DNA of 64,000 nt from Macrostomum lignano (taxonomy: Eukaryota), in assembly GCA_002269645.1 (NCBI GenBank), contig NIVC01000925.1, positions 124,001 through 188,000 of the forward strand, read 5' to 3'. The position numbers and the translations under genes are program-made. This document shows, piece by piece, positions 47,040-62,289 of this stretch (position 1 is its first letter; each line of letters begins with the position of its first letter). The notes below the pieces were generated by a model that was given only the letters and a program-made list of their open reading frames with translations, did no database searches and was not told the origin of the DNA.

Positions 47040-47935
47040 TGTATCCTCCACTATCCGCCCCTCAATTCCTCCACTATCCGCCCCTCAATTCCTCCATTAT
47101 CCGCCTCTCAATTCCTCCATTATCCGCCCCTCAATTCCTCCATTATCCGCCTCTCAAATCCTCCATTATCCGCCTCTTAAATCCTCCATTATCCGCCCCT
47201 CAATTCCCCCATTATCCGCCCCTCAATTCCTCCATTATCCGCCACTCAATTCCTCCATTATCCGCCCCTCAATTCCTCCACTATCCGCATCTCAATACCT
47301 CCATTATCCACCCCTCAATTCCTCCACTATCCGCCCCTCAATTCCTCCATTATCCGCCTCTCAAATCCTCCATTATCCGCCTCTCAATTCCTCCATTATC
47401 CGCCTCTCAATTCCTCCATTATCCGCCCCTCAATTCCTCCATTATCCGCCTCTCAAATCCTCCATTATCCGCCACTCAATTCCTCCATTATCCGCCCTCT
47501 CAAATCCTCCATTATCCGCCTCTCAAATCCTCCATTATCCGCCACTCAATTCCTCCATTATCCGCCCTCTCAAATCCTCCATTATCCGCCTCTCAAATCC
47601 TCCATTATCCGCCCTCTCAAATCCTCCATTATCCGCCTCTCAAATCCTCCATTATCCGCCCTCTCAAATCCTCCATTATCCGCCTCTCAAATCCTCCATT
47701 ATCCGCCACTCAATTCCTCCATTATCCGCCCTCTCAAATCCTCCATTATCCGCCTCTCAAATCCTCCATTATCCGCCCTCTCAAATCCTCCATTATCCGC
47801 CTCTCAAATCCTCCATTATCCGCCCTCTCAAATCCTCCATTATCCGCCTCTCAAATCCTCCATTATCCGCCTCTCAAATCCTCCATTAGCCACCCCTCAA
47901 TCCCGCCTCTCAAACCCTCAATTACCCGCCCCTCA
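47040..47935. repeat. ~22-bp minisatellite (CTCCATTATCCGCCTCTCAAATC)n
   Basis: Directly visible. Related to the 45850-46555 unit. Confidence 0.93.
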
Positions 47936-50298
47936 AATCCCACCTGGTAAATCATCAATTATCCTTAAATAATTTATTCACCTTTAAAATTTTATGGAAA
48001 AAATCCTTTAGTTATAACTTACTTAATGTCCTAATCAATTAGGGCCAAATTTACTTAAATAATAAAACTAAATTCGCTGTTTGTTTGTTTGTTTGTTTAA
48101 ATAATGCTTGCGTGCTTTTCGACTAATCACGTTTCATTTTTAATAGAGAAAAAGAACGCGTAACACAATTTCATAACAAATATTTTAATGCGACACAATT
48201 TACCTTGCAGAAATACAAATTGTTCATTTATTCAAGCTCACAGATTCCAGCTGATTTTCTAATTTGAATCTTCTAACGACTGTTGTAAAAAAACTCGTTG
48301 CTAACTACTTGTGCGAGTAGCGCTGATCGTGTATTGCAGTCTAAGTGTACAGTCCTATCATTGACATGTCCAGTATGCTAAAATTTCGTTTTCTGTAATA
48401 TTCTCGTTAAATTTATTATATTTTCTTAAATTGACAACCTTATTCAGTTTCTAAATATTTTTAACCATTAGGGATATTTTTTGCAGTAAAATATTAGGAT
48501 CCTCTATGCAAAAGTAAGGAAGTTTTTATTTCATGTCTTTTGAAGAAAAAATCTGAATATTTCCTGTTCTGGGTGTTAATAAAATCTTCTAGTAATGAAA
48601 TGAACTGACTGTCTAACTTGATATGATTTAATATTGCAACTTTTCATTGTCATTTTATTCCTGCTAATTATATAGGCTCATATCATTTTTGGTTTGTTTA
48701 TTTTTTCATTACCATTATATACCTTCTTCCTGAGCAGCTATGTCCGCCATGTTTGTGTAAATAATAATCGTACTTTACTACTAATTAAAAGTAATATCGT
48801 AGTCTGTGTATTATTTGTTAAATTATTATGTTTTGTTTTTTCATTGTTTGTTTACATCGTGTCTATAATTATATTTGTATCTGTAATTGAGTTTCCTTTT
48901 CTGTTGCCCCGTAGCGGCCACGTTTTTGTTATACTCGTCAGTAGGCTTTGAGTTATGAGTAATACGCTTATGTTTGTGCTGCATACTCCTATAAATGCGT
49001 ATATCTGAGTTTGATGATAAGTTGTAAACACTGCAAAGTACATCTTCTTTGCGGTGTCAGAGAAAAGAGAAGAGAGCTGTGAAGAGACACAAACCTTTAG
49101 CGGGCCGTCATGGCAATGAATTTGCAGTTCTCTCCCAGAAGTAGAGAATCAACGTCTTCGGTGCAATACCGATATGCGCATGTGCGTTACGAGCCTTGTT
49201 GTGCTACAATGCAGCATTAGCGCAATTGTTGTTGTACCTAATTGGTTTTAATATTGTGTTGTGTTTTTACCTGGCAGGTTTTAAGAGCGTATGTTGTTAA
49301 TTTAGATAATGTACATGGTTTACGTATGTCACACATGGCAGCAAAGAGTCAATTTTATTTATCGTTTTTCCCCCTGCTATTCGTATTTGTTTGTACCGTT
49401 GGCACCGGCAGGTTGTTGAGTTTTCATTAGACACTTAAGACCGAGGATCTTCATGATTGTGAGAAATGATATATTTTATTCCGTTTTTATAATAAAAACT
49501 ACGCTACAGGCAATATGGTGTGCGCACTTCGTTTTTATTAAACTAAAACTGGTAAAAAGTAAAAAACATTTTCTAGGCCTTCTACTAGAGTTCTCTTCCT
49601 GTACTGACTGACATCTTGCTTGTTTCTTTCGCCTCTGCGGCAAGCTGTATTGACATTTGTCATAAAATTAAAACAGTTTGTGCTTAATCATCTTTCAAAG
49701 CAACGCGATCATCCGTTAAGATTATTATCACCAATGGCAAAGACTTTTTGCTGTTTCTCTTTTTGTACCAGTTATTTGAAATCCTTAATTAAAGTTTTCA
49801 CCCTGATGCAATCCTTTCGAGGTAACTTTTTAACTCCGAACTTAAATCAATAGAGTAGCAATCCAACAGACCATAAGGCTTTCCAATAGGCAAAATTATA
49901 TGCTTTAAGATAAATCAAGTTATTAGTAGTAAGCATGTAAAATTGTTTTTACAGACATATCATAAAGTCTAATCCTTACACGTACTCGTAGTTTGTTTAA
50001 ACAACGGAAGAAAAACAGCTGGTTTATTTCGTCATACGAGCTGCATGTATACTCGTACTCTTGACTGTCAAATCGCAAAACTGCGCTAAAGTAAAAAATG
50101 AAAAATATCACCCGGGTCGCAAAACAAACACTGGTTTAAAAAGACTCAGCTACCTATATGTTTACACTGGTACATGTATGGATCGACACACTGGGCGTGC
50201 AGAAATTTCTGCAAATGTCAAAATGTAAATGGCCTTCGTCTTATAAATTTCTTGTTTTCGTCTGTCTTTTTTGTTTAGGTAGAGGCACGTAATAGGGT

Positions 50299-50485
50299 AA
50301 ATGAATGAAGGATCGGAACTTAAAGATTTACACCTACACCTAACTGGGATTAAGGGATAGTAAAATGTTACGATTTTTTTCAAAATACTGGTAAATGAAT
50401 GAAGGATCGGAACTTAAAGATTTACACCTACACCTAACTGGGATTAAGGGATAGTAAAATGTTACGATTTTTTTTCAAAATACTG
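50299..50485. repeat. Direct tandem duplication of ~93 bp
   Basis: gtaaatgaatgaaggatcggaac...caaaatactg occurs twice. Confidence 0.92.
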
Positions 50486-52018
50486 CTTAGTTATATTATC
50501 ACTATTTTTTCTATGCATTCAGTTGCCATTAAATAACTATTTTGTATTTAAATTTCAAAGGACATACGTTTGAATAAAAATAAATGGCAAAACTTTTACA
50601 TAATTACCAATATTTGTTAAAATAGAGTAAAACTTTAAAACTACATTTTACAAGAAACTAATGCAACACGTGCAGCAGAAACAGTCGCATGCCTGCCTTC
50701 TTGAGGCGTTGAAGTAGCTTGTCAATTATGATATTCTTCTTGTTTCTGTGCAAGTATTGTTTGGTGTTCTGGCTAAGAAACTGTTAGATAGTTTGCCGAT
50801 ATGTATTGTAGCTTTAGCTGTCTTTAATAATGATGAATGTTTAGAAACATGGTATTTTGCTGTTTGTGCGTTATTTTGCTATTTCGAGTGCTTCCAGCTT
50901 TAGTATTATTATAGAATAAGCCAACCTATGCTTTTTCAGCGCCGCTTGATTTTTCTACTAATTGTGACTACTATGTAGAATAGGTAAATTACTGGATACA
51001 GGATAGGTGCCTTTAACAATCTTCTACTTTACTGTATTAATTTTTTCACGTGAAATAGTAAAATATGAAGTCATTAGTCAAAAGTCATTGAGTATCAGTA
51101 ATAGTACCTAACCCAATACAGAAAATTCTTAAACACTTTTGTGGCAGGAAGAGGCGACGCCACAGGTACTCATTGAGGTGGGTATCAAACAGGGCATCAC
51201 TAGAGCCATGCATTTAGGCCCCCAGCCATTTGACAGTCACCAGATAAGCATAAAAGTTTGTGAAAACGTGAAAATACTAGAATACTAGAATATTAGAGTG
51301 CTAGAATTTTCTATGGCAAAGGCTATCTTCCCAATTATATTTATAGAATATTATCATATCAGTACCTCTGATTGACATCAATAAAATTTTAATTATAAAT
51401 ATGATCTGAAAGTTATGTGTAGTAAGCAGGGAAGGCAGTAAGAATATATGACTAAAAATCATATTTTTAAGTTTAAATTAAATACTGATCTAAAATATAT
51501 TAATAAAGCACTATATATTACCTTTAATAGTTAGATCTTTTTGCTTTCAAATTTATAAATTTGTTTATTTGGTTTTGTTTCTTGAGAAAGATAACTAGAC
51601 AAAGATATACTTTATATAAAAAACATGCAGTCTTATTAATTTTCATTTTCCACTTTAAAATAGGCTTCCAAGGATTATTGCACTTGATAAACCAAGGATT
51701 ACTGCACCCATTGTTAACTCTGTTGATTTTAAGCCTTATATTTTAAAAAGGTATATATTTTGTATTCTTTTTAAACTATGAGATATAGTATCATGACAAT
51801 AATTTTATAGTTTAGTGCTGATGGGGGGGCAGTGTCCTCCAAAGAGGTATTTGGCACTGACCCTCCTAGCTACATCATGGCCTATTTAGAAATAATTGAC
51901 CTAGGAATACCCTATAGGGCAAGTTTTTTCAAACAGCTTTAAGCCATTCCTCTAAGCAGGTAATTTTCAGTTCAATTAGCGAACTAGACCTGGTCGTTCC
52001 AGTCAGTCTGGTCTCACG

Positions 52019-52296
52019 CTATTGGCTGGCTTCTCTCAGCCAATAGGAAGCCAGCTGGCAATTGAAGGGAGAAACTCTTCATATTCGCGCGCGCTGTCTC
52101 GCGAATTTTTTTAACCGCGCATTCGACTTCTGCTAATTGCAGTTTGGTGTCAGCAACCAGTGCTTAATAGATTTGCCTGTTGCAATTATCACATTGTTGC
52201 TCGCTCTGTGCTGTCTCTCTCTCTCACACATAACTGGTTTAAATTCGAGCTTTTATACCGCCGAGTTTTAGCGCCTTAAAATTCTGCGCTCCTTGG
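52019..52296 (+). promoter_or_regulatory. Candidate promoter (inverted CCAAT pair) and non-coding first exon
   Basis: ctattggctg (52019-52028) / cagccaatag (52037-52046) perfect inverted repeat, then a CpG-rich cgcgcgcg patch and donor g|gtgagt at 52297. Confidence 0.35.
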
Positions 52297-52524
52297 GTGA
52301 GTTCTTAGATTTGTCTGCTTGCCCTGTTTCGTCAACTGTTTTTTATCTTTGCTTGGTTTTAATAGTCGCTTATCGCAAAGTTTAACTGTCTTCCTTTAAA
52401 ATTAAGTAGCTCTGTATTTGTGTCTGTCTGTGTCGGTCTATTTAGTGTGTTATGTGCAGCTTAAATTATCTTTAGGGTAGATAATATCGATATTTGCTGC
52501 TTCAAAGACACTAAGATGGCACTT

Positions 52525-53215
52525 TACCTCCGATCCTTCAGGAGGGGTTGCCACTTTACCTCCGATCCTTCAGGAGCTTCAAGAGGGGTTGTCACTATAC
52601 CTCCGATCCTTCAGGAGCTTCAAGAGGGGTTGTCACTTTACCTCCGATCCTTCAGGAGCTTCAGGAGGGGTTGTCAATATACCTCCGATCCTTCAGGAGC
52701 TTCAGGACGGGTTGTCACTATACCTCCGATCATTCAGGAGCTTCAGGACGGGTTGTCAATATACCTCCGATCCTTCAGGAACTTCAGGAGGGGTTGTCAC
52801 TATACCTCCGATCCTTCAGGAGCTTCAGGACGGGTTGTCACTATACCTCCGATCCTTCAGGAGCTTCAGGACGGGTTGTCACTATACCTCTGATCCTTCA
52901 GGAGCTTCAGGACGGGTTGTCACTATACCTCCGATCCTTCAGGAGCTTCAGGAGGGGTTGTAACTATACCTCCGATCCTTCAGGAGCTTCAGGAGGGGTT
53001 GTCACTATACCTCCGATCCTTCAGGAGCTTCAGGACGGGTTGTAACTATACCTCCGATCCTTCAGGAGCTTCAGGAGGGGTTGCCACTGTACCTGCGATC
53101 CTTCAGGAACTTCAGGAAGGATTTGCCACTGTACCTGCGATCCTTCAGGAACTTCAGAAGGGGTACCGCTATATCCCCAATCCTTCAGGAATGGTTGCCA
53201 CTATACCCCAATCCT
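52525..53215. repeat. 41-bp minisatellite
   Basis: Unit cctccgatccttcaggagcttcaggaggggttgtcactata. Confidence 0.95.
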
Positions 53216-53849
53216 TCAGAAATGTTCATATACGAGTGTATCATAATTGAAATATGTATATTTAAGATTTCTTGTCGCACATAAAGAAACTGTCATAACT
53301 AAACAATGGATATTTGCCCGTATGTTAAAGCCATAGGCCATAGCGTCATAGCCTCTGTTTTGTAACAGAGCAAAAACCAAGTTATATAATAATCTTATAT
53401 ACAATACAAACCATGAACCATAAAGCAATACTTATGAATCCGTTTCGGCCACTTGATCCTGTCAATTTCTCTTCTAATATGTTAAACTGCTCACAGAGGG
53501 TAGTCTCTTCCTGAGCAGCAGTTGGCGGTCGGTGTGGACTAAGTGTGTATACATTTATCAACGGGGAGTCCAACGCCCAACCTGTCCCTCGCAGCGCCCC
53601 TCCCCAATATTTTTTTTCAAATCGTACGGTTTGGGGGCGAGTTTAATTCTATGGTACGTCTTGAGTAATGGTGGGGTCCGGGCGTTCCACTCTCTCTCTC
53701 TCTCTGTCTGTCCAACTTGCTGTCTATCATTCGCGTTAAACTTGCGTGATTGACAATTCAAAAATAATTTTTTTTGCAAGCCGTTTTCTGTGGACAGATT
53801 TGAAAAGAGAAAATTCAGTTATTTTGGAGTGGTTTGTAGGCAAGACTAA

Positions 53850-54117
53850 GGGGTTCTGGCTCAGTGGTTAGAGCGTCGGACTCACGACTTGAAGGTCGGG
53901 GGTTCGATTCCCGGTCCCACTGGAACAATTGGTGTTCTTAAGCAAGACAATTAACTCTGCTATAGGTACCAGCATTAGCTGGGATAATTAAGGGTGTATG
54001 GCAACTCCCTCCCCCCTCCAGTCCTTGGACTGATCAGCCGTACGCAGCCTTCAGATGCTGTTGTTTGCACATCTGGCCATTAGGGAATGTGTAATCAATT
54101 ATTGTATCATTATTATT
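53850..54117 (+). mobile_element. tRNA-derived SINE, better-preserved copy
   Basis: A-box TGGCTCAGTGG (53857-53867), B-box GGTTCGATTCC (53901-53911), central tgttcttaagcaagacaattaactct, (ATT)n tail. Confidence 0.85.
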
Positions 54118-55039
54118 GCGGGCAAGCTGATAATTATGTAATTCAAATTTGCTACCTCAGTTACTAATCTTATTGCCAACTATATTGTGGGATCTACTTT
54201 ACCAATCTTATTGCCAATATTTTGTACGTTAGTTATTTTTTATAATTTTATTTTGCATGTCTCATTTTGCCTGCATGTGTCTTCATTGCCTTTCTCTCTC
54301 TGTGTGTAGGCAGTTACTCATTTTACAGTGCTCAGCTAGAGATTTTGTCTGTATTATGCTTGCTCCCCGTCCACTGTCTCTGCCCGTCCACCCGACTGTC
54401 TTTTTGAAGTTTTTCCAGTGCAGAGTCTCTGCTTTCCATCTTCGCGCACACAGTCGGAGATTTTGACCCAAAACAGAGCCGACCATTTAAATCCACTTGT
54501 GTGCTCTCTGGGCAGCATATATTGTATATATATATGCATTAATATGTACACAAAAGATTGTAGTTGCTGGAGTAGGGCTTGCGTTGCAATATTGAGCATG
54601 TCTGTCAAATATGGACAACCCACCTACGCGCCCTGCTGTTTGTAAGAGAAGTTTCGCGAGAGAGAGAGAGAGAAGGTCGAGATTGTGCTGCATATTATGT
54701 AGCCTTATAAGCTGTATAGGGCCATTTAGACAAGAGCTAGACTAGAAAATGGGCAATGTGCTCAGTTTGTATGTTATCTGTGTTAGCTATTAGCATGCTT
54801 ATAATTGGAGAAAAGCAGTTCAGTGTTGCCCGATTGCACTGTATTAATTAGATTACATAAAATGTGTAAAACAGCCCTGTGCGAGTCTGCTTATGGGATG
54901 GGGGGGTTGATGAGGTCTAAATTCACATCGCCTAAAATTTTTACACTGCACCAGTGTTGCGCATCGTTAATGGAAGTCTTAACTTCCGTTAATGGTGAAA
55001 GCATTAGCGCTACATTAAAAATTTTTAGTCTATGTGAAC

Positions 55040-55640
55040 TCTAGGTCCTATGAAGTTTAAGTGTTGTGAAGTTTAGGTCTTTTAGTTTAGGTCTTATGAA
55101 GTTTAGGTCTTATGAAGTTTAGGTCTTATAGTTTAGGTCTTATGAAGTTTAGGTCTTATGAAGTTTAGGTCTTATGAAGTTTAGGTCTTATGAAGTTTAG
55201 GTCTTATGAAGTTTAGGTCTTATAGTTTAGGTCTTATGAAGTTTAGGTCTTATGAAGTTTAGGTCTTATGAAGTTTAGGTCTTATGAAGTTTAGGTCTTA
55301 TGAAGTTTAGGTCTTATGAAGTTTAGGTCTTATAGTTTAGGTCTTATGAAGTTTAGGTCTTATGAAGTTTAGGTCTTATGAAGTTTAGGTCTTATGAAGT
55401 TTAGGTCTTATTAAGTTTAAGTCTTATAGTTTAAGTCTTGGGAAGTTCAGATCTTGTGAATTTTTAGTTTGATAATTTAGTTCTTGGGAAGTTTAGGTCT
55501 TGTGAAATTTGAGTCTTATAGTTTAGGTGTTGTGAAGTTTAGGCCTTACGAAGTTAAGGTCTTATTAAATTTAGGTCTTGTACAGTTTAGGTCTTATAAA
55601 ACTTAGGTCTTGTGAAGTTTAGATCTTATGAAACTTTATG
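55040..55640. repeat. 16-bp minisatellite (GAAGTTTAGGTCTTAT)n
   Basis: Directly visible. Confidence 0.95.
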
Positions 55641-56457
55641 TCTTTTTTAGGAAAGTAGATGCTTAAATCTGTTTAGGCAATGTAAAATTTAGGTCTTCCT
55701 TGGCCTTCACTTGCTCATTTAGGCGTTCGGGTTCTTGTCTGTAAATAACTATGCCTGCCTTAGTATTGGTATCTCTGAAGAATATATCCTCTTCTATCTA
55801 TAGATAGAATCGATGACGCAATCATTGTTCGCACAGTGTCAGGTGTAATAATAATTACAGAGACCATCCCGGCTGGCGCTTGAGACAGATCCTCCCTAGC
55901 CTGATCTGGGAGAATTATGGGGGCGGGAGCAGGCCGAAATGGATATGTAGCAACATGGAGTTATCCCAACGTATCTAGTCTACAGGATTAGGGCCTGTCT
56001 TAATCCTGCCACATTGAGCATCAATCCTAATTCTCTTTGTGCGCTGTATAGTGACCGAAAATGAGACGAGAAAATTGAGGAAACAAGGCAAAGTAGGAAG
56101 AGGAATTGGGATCTTCTGCTCGAGTCTTTCTGCTTCTGCAGGAGGCGATCCCAGAGGCGCCTTCTTCTCTGACCCTTCTCTCTATCCATCGTTGCAACAC
56201 GTCACCTTAGGGACTCCGCTTTGATATTAATGACTGCGACTGTCTATGCTGGTCTGCCACCTATCTGTCTGTCTGTCTGTAGGTCTCTCTTCCCTCTCTG
56301 TGTCACATCCACCCTACTCTCCTTCAAAGTCTCAGAATTTTTTTGTGCTGGGGGCTGTGAGTCACTCAGGGGGTGAGCTCTGCTCGATCCTGCCGTCTCG
56401 TTTGCACAGCTGACTGTCGCGACAGCTCACGAATTCGGTATTCGATTCGAAATAGTG

Positions 56458-56810
<353 letters not shown>

Positions 56811-58029
56811 CCATCCAATGCAGTCACTCATTCAATCACTATTGAACTACGACTGCAGAAAAACTATCAATAGATGTCTATATAACAATCAGCCATCAAC
56901 GGTATGACGTCAGGGTAGGCATTAAATTCAGATATTCTGATGACAGCTTTTACCGGCGCCGCAGCGTTAATCCATCGCACCTTTTTTCATCTGTCTGAGC
57001 ACGTGGCTGCCGGAATATTGCTGCTCACCTGTCTATGTATTTGATGGCGCTTCATCTATTATTCACAGCTCACGGCTCTGAGCCCGCATATATATTTATG
57101 CATATTTCGACGGCCAGGTGTGAATGCAATGTATGAATTGAAACTCAGAGAGAGAAGATGAGAGGATAAAGAAATCCGACTTATTACATCATTATTGCGC
57201 CAGCCTCCATCGTGGATTACAGAAAGCCGCGCAAAGAGTTGTGAAGTTGCAACTATTCTCCAAATCTTTATTTTCAAGATAATACAAGGTTGGCTGCAGT
57301 TTTTCAATTTACACACAGCGAGACTCTGTCATAAACGGATTTTTATGATAATCTTGTCTTGAAAAATGAGAAGTTCCCATCGGCATGAGGACTGATTATT
57401 GATGCCCGTTTATTATTTCTCACGCTCGGCCGGACCGATAGGCGTGAATACGGGGAATCGTCGACATTTTCTTCACCGTTCTTATATTGTCTTCTTGTCT
57501 GAGAGACCCGGCCTTGGAGGCAGTGAAATAGAACGGGGGCTATCCGAACACACTGGGGTGGGGACAGGTGTCAGTAAGGTGGAGGCTTCTCTCCCCGAAA
57601 CCGCCTCAACCAGCCATGCGGCACCCTCTTGAGCACACAAGCATGTAGACATGCTCGCGCGTCTATACACACTTGTGCAAGCCCACCTGATCTGCATGCA
57701 TTGAAGAAGACCCTGTTCCACTTAGCCTCTCAGATGAGTAGCTATTAGTCATGCTTGCTGCTCCTGCTATCTGCCTGCTGTCTGTCTGCTAATCTGAATA
57801 CTAATCCTTGTTGTTGCGTAGCTTGTATTGTCTTTGTCAACAATGGGGTGTCCATTTTATTTTATTGTATTAGAAAGTAGATTGTGTAATCTTTATCAAT
57901 GAACTTAATGGAGTCTTCTCTTATTATTACGAGTATACACTGAATAGATATGTGTAAATATTTCTCGTTTCTAACCTTGGTTATTTATAAATGGGATTCT
58001 TGAAATGGTTCTAAAATGGGATTTCGGGA

Positions 58030-58625
58030 AATATCCCAAAACTGCATTCTGGGAATCATCCCTAAACTGGATTCTGGGAATCATCCCTAAACTGGATTCT
58101 GGGAATTATCCCTAAACTGGATTCTGGGAATCATCCCTAAACTGGATTCTGGGAATTATCCCTAAACTGGATTCTGAGAATTATCTCTAAGTGGGAATCT
58201 TAGAATTATCCCTAAATCGGATTTAATTCCTAACCAAATAAAAAGATCCTTAAGTCCCAAAAATTATTCATAAATTAGTTTTTTTAGAATATTCCCTAAG
58301 CAGGATTCTTGGAATGATTCCTATGTGGGATTCTAGGAGTTTTTATTATCCCCAAACGGGATTATGGGAATGGTCCCCACATCAGATTCTGTGAATTATC
58401 CATAAACAGTATTTTGGGAATTTTTCCTAAATAAGATTCCGGGAATTATTCCTAAAAAGGATTGTAGGAGTTATCTCTAAATAAATAGGATTTTGGGAAT
58501 TATCTCTAAATAGGATTCTGAGTTATCCCTGAATAGGATTCTATGAGTTATCCCTAAATAGGATTCTATGAGTTATCCCTGAATAGGATTCTATGAGTTA
58601 TCCCTAATTAGGATTCCGGGAATTG
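58030..58625. repeat. ~25-bp minisatellite
   Basis: Unit ggattctgggaattatccctaaact, degenerate at the edges. Confidence 0.85.
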
Positions 58626-59327
58626 TCCCTAGGTGGGAATCTTGAAATTATCCCTTAATCGGATTTAATTTCTAACCAAATGGAAAAATCATTAAGTCCA
58701 CAAAAATGATTCCTAAATGATTTCTTTAGAATGATATTTAGAATGATACCAAAGTTGCTTTTCTTTTATTTCGCCTTTCTCTCTCTCTTTTCTATCTGTT
58801 TGCTGGTCTCAGTCTTTGTGCACCCTGTCAATGGTTCAGTGCCCAATTCCTATAAGAACTTCCCCAGTTCAGTACGTACAAGTATTCAATTCAATTTCTT
58901 GAACGGTAATATTGGGTCGCGTGCGATCGAATGTGTCTAATTTGAATATCGTCACCCAGGCGGCCATCTTGTGCGCGTGTCCACCTGCCTGGTTTCCCCA
59001 GTTTTAAGGTAATTAAATATAGATTTCTAATTTACTTGTTCATTCTCTGTCGCTCACTCTCTCTCGAGGGCTCTGTCTGTCTTTGTTCTATGCCTGTATA
59101 CCCTGTTCCTATAAAGGTCTTTGTCTCGTTGAGTTGATGCTAGACTGGCTATTTCAATGCCAACGGTTGACTGCGTCTTGGCAATAATTAAAAATTGCGC
59201 TTGGCTGTTGGTCATTTGAAACGAGCTTGCATAATTAAGAACTGAGGCCTGCCTTACCTGTGTCGGTGCAAGGATTCGAATTATTTGACCGATAGGATTT
59301 TACAGTGACCCATCTATGCCTGTCTGT

Positions 59328-59900
59328 CTGTGCTTATCCATCTATCCTTATCTATCTGTGCTTATCCATCTATCCTTATCTATCTGTGCTTATCCATCTG
59401 TGCTTATCGGTCTGTGCTTATCAATCTATGCTTATCGGTCTGTGCTTATCCGTCTATGCTTATCGGTCTCTGCTTATCCATCTATGCTTATCGGTCTCTG
59501 CTTATCCATCTATGCTTATCGGTCTCTGCTTATCCATCTATGCTTATCTTATCGGTCTGTGCTTATCCATCTATGCCTGTCTGTCTATGCTTATCCATCT
59601 ATGCTTATCTTATCGGTCTGTGCTTATCCATCTATGCCTGTCTGTCTATGCTTATCCATCTATGCTTATCTTATCGGTCTGTGCTTATCCATCGATGCCT
59701 GTCTGTCTATGCTTATCCATCTATGCTTATCTTATCGGTCTGTGCTTATCCATCTATGCCTGTCTGTCTATGCTTATCCATCTATGCTTATCGGTCTGTG
59801 CTTATCCATCTATGCTTATCTTATCGGTCTGTGCTTATCCATCTATGCCTGTCTGTCTATGCTTATCCATCTATGCTTATCCATCTATGCTTATCCATCC
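59328..59900. repeat. (TGCTTATCCATCTA)-based tandem repeat
   Basis: 14-bp subunits with higher-order blocks. Confidence 0.92.
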
Positions 59901-60589
59901 ATGCTTCTCATTTTTTTGCTTTGGCAATGTAAATATAAGGAAAAAATCCAGAGAAAAGCGAAATTTAATAATACGTGGGAACAAAATTGGAGACTTAAAA
60001 AAATGAAGGCCCGTATCGTTAGGCTGCATTTCGTGAGAGATAGGGGATTTTTTTCTCTCCTTCCCTGATGGGCAAAGTCGACAAGAAGGTAAATCTTATT
60101 GCCCAGAATGTCGAGCAGGGTTGCTGACCTGTCTAGGGATTCTGCGAAGAATTTCCCCTTTCTCCCCGTTTCCTCATCCTATTTAGCCCCTTCTTTTCTC
60201 TTATCTATAGAAAATCCCCAACCGCGTGCCCCATCGTTGATTAAGTTTTCCCGTCTTCTGTCTTCTTGTTGTACAGCTGCCGCCGCAGCCTCCCTAAGGA
60301 TTTTGATGTGGCTTCAACTCGTGAATTACGAGGCTTTGGCTGGCTTAGTTGAGTTGAGTATTAAATTCTCGCGTTAAGAAGTCCGACTTAACTCTCTCTC
60401 TCTCTCTTTTGTACAGTTTTGCCTTGGCAAATTTTTGAAATATTCTAGGAAAATTTAAATTTCTCGTCTGGATTGATTAACTAACAAGCTAAGGTGGAAG
60501 AGGAAGGTTTCGGAATGAGTAGATATCTCAGTAAATGACTCGACCCCCAACTGTATTTTTATTTCCAAATCATTATACAGTTCTTATGA

Positions 60590-61320
60590 ATTTCTGACTC
60601 TCTGAGTCACTGACTCTCATTTTATATGACTCTTTTTGACTCGTTTTGACTCTGACTGTATCTGACTCTCTCACTGTGTTTGACTCTATCTCTATGACTC
60701 TCTCTGACTATACCTGACTCTGTGACTATACCTGACTCTGTGACTGTAACTGACTCTCTCTGACTGTAACTGACTCCCTCTGACTCTCTGACTCTCTCTC
60801 TGACTGTAACTGACTCTCTCTGACTCTCTTTGACTCTCTTTGATTCTCTGACTCTCTCTGACTCTCTTTGACTCTCTGACTCTCTCTGACTCTCTCTGAC
60901 TCTCTCTGACTCTCTTTGACTCTCTGACTCTCTCTGACTCTCTCTGACTGTATCTGACTCTCTGACAGTGTCTGACTCTCTCTGACTGTATCTGACTCTC
61001 TGACAGTGTCTGACTCTCTCTGACTGTATCTGACTCTCTGACAGTGTCTGACTCTCTGTGACTCTCTTTGACTCTCTGACTCTCTCTGACTCTCTCTGAC
61101 TGTATCTGACTCTCTGACAGTGTCTGACTCTCTCTGACTGTATCTGACTCTCTGACAGTGTCTGACTCTCTCTGACTGTATCTGACTCTCTCTGACTATC
61201 TAACTCCCTCTGACTGCATCTGACTCTTTCTGACTCTTTTTGACTGAATACCTGACTTTTTCTGACTCTTTTTGACCTCTCTGATTCCCTGAGTTACTTC
61301 TCTGACTATTTCTTCTGACT
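60590..61320. repeat. (TCTCTGAC)-based tandem repeat
   Basis: 8-10-bp subunits. Confidence 0.92.
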
Positions 61321-62289
61321 ATCGAAATTTTCTCTCAAGTTACTATTCACTGCCTCGATTTTCAACTCTTCACTTCACCTCAGACGCAGTTCAACTTTAT
61401 AAGTGAAAATTTGGAAATATAAATTAACAGAATAAACTATGATTAAGCCGTCACCTTTTTTCTATAATCTTAGCAAATTTTGGAAAGATAACTAATAAAT
61501 GTAATTTGAATTAAGTGATCTTGGTTCACTAGAATCATTGGTTTCTATAACTGGCAATCCCACTTCCCATATCTCTGTTTGTCTTCCTCCATCACCCAAT
61601 CTCTGGCTTATTTCTCATATAAAACTTTAATTTCCGCTCACAGAAACCCGCTCTGACTGAAAAAAGCACTGCGATTTTTTAGAATCACAAATCGATCATC
61701 CTTATATCTGGATCGCCGATTTCGTGATTCCAGGTCTATTGAAATATTATTATTGTGTGATTATAACTCAAATCAGGAAGTCAAACAATGAATATAGGAA
61801 TTCTTTTTTGAACGCGGAACTGCATGCCCCTGTCCATCAGTGGAGCAGCGATTCGTGACTTATTTTCTTGAATAGAGGAGAAAGAATGGACCAATTAACA
61901 AGCACCTGGAGTCAATTAGCACCCTGGAGGTTTATTTGCCTGTCCTCCGAGTCACGTCAGTCCGTCACCTTCATTTCCTTCAAATTGTGAATTCCATTTT
62001 CCATCGCAGACGATTTTCATTAGTTTCTGGGGCTTATTTTTTTCTGAGAGGGACTTCTTGTTGACTAATCTAGTCCATATATGTTCATTTTTTGCTTGGA
62101 AGTTGGTGGAAAAAGGCTCTTTTAAGAGTGACAGCGTGTGACAGCCTTATGTAGAACGTTAGTTAGAATTACAAGTTTCAGGTGTACACAGTGACCATTT
62201 CGCTCCTGTGTTCGATATTTCTCTTGAGTAGTCTCACCATTCTTTTTATATTTTCTCCCATACTCACCCTCTTTCGTTTACCTGTCTCT

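Noticed and set aside
53850-53921. Functional tRNA gene
   Set aside because: Poor anticodon and acceptor stems, and it continues into a SINE body shared with 33371-33632.
58030-58625. Tandem NF-kB-like sites (GGGAATTATCCC)
   Set aside because: Does not fit the 10-bp kB consensus well; no target gene identified.
59930-60330. Minus-strand protein-like frame (HIKILREAAAAAVQQEDRRRE...)
   Set aside because: In-frame stops and no recognised homology or splice context.
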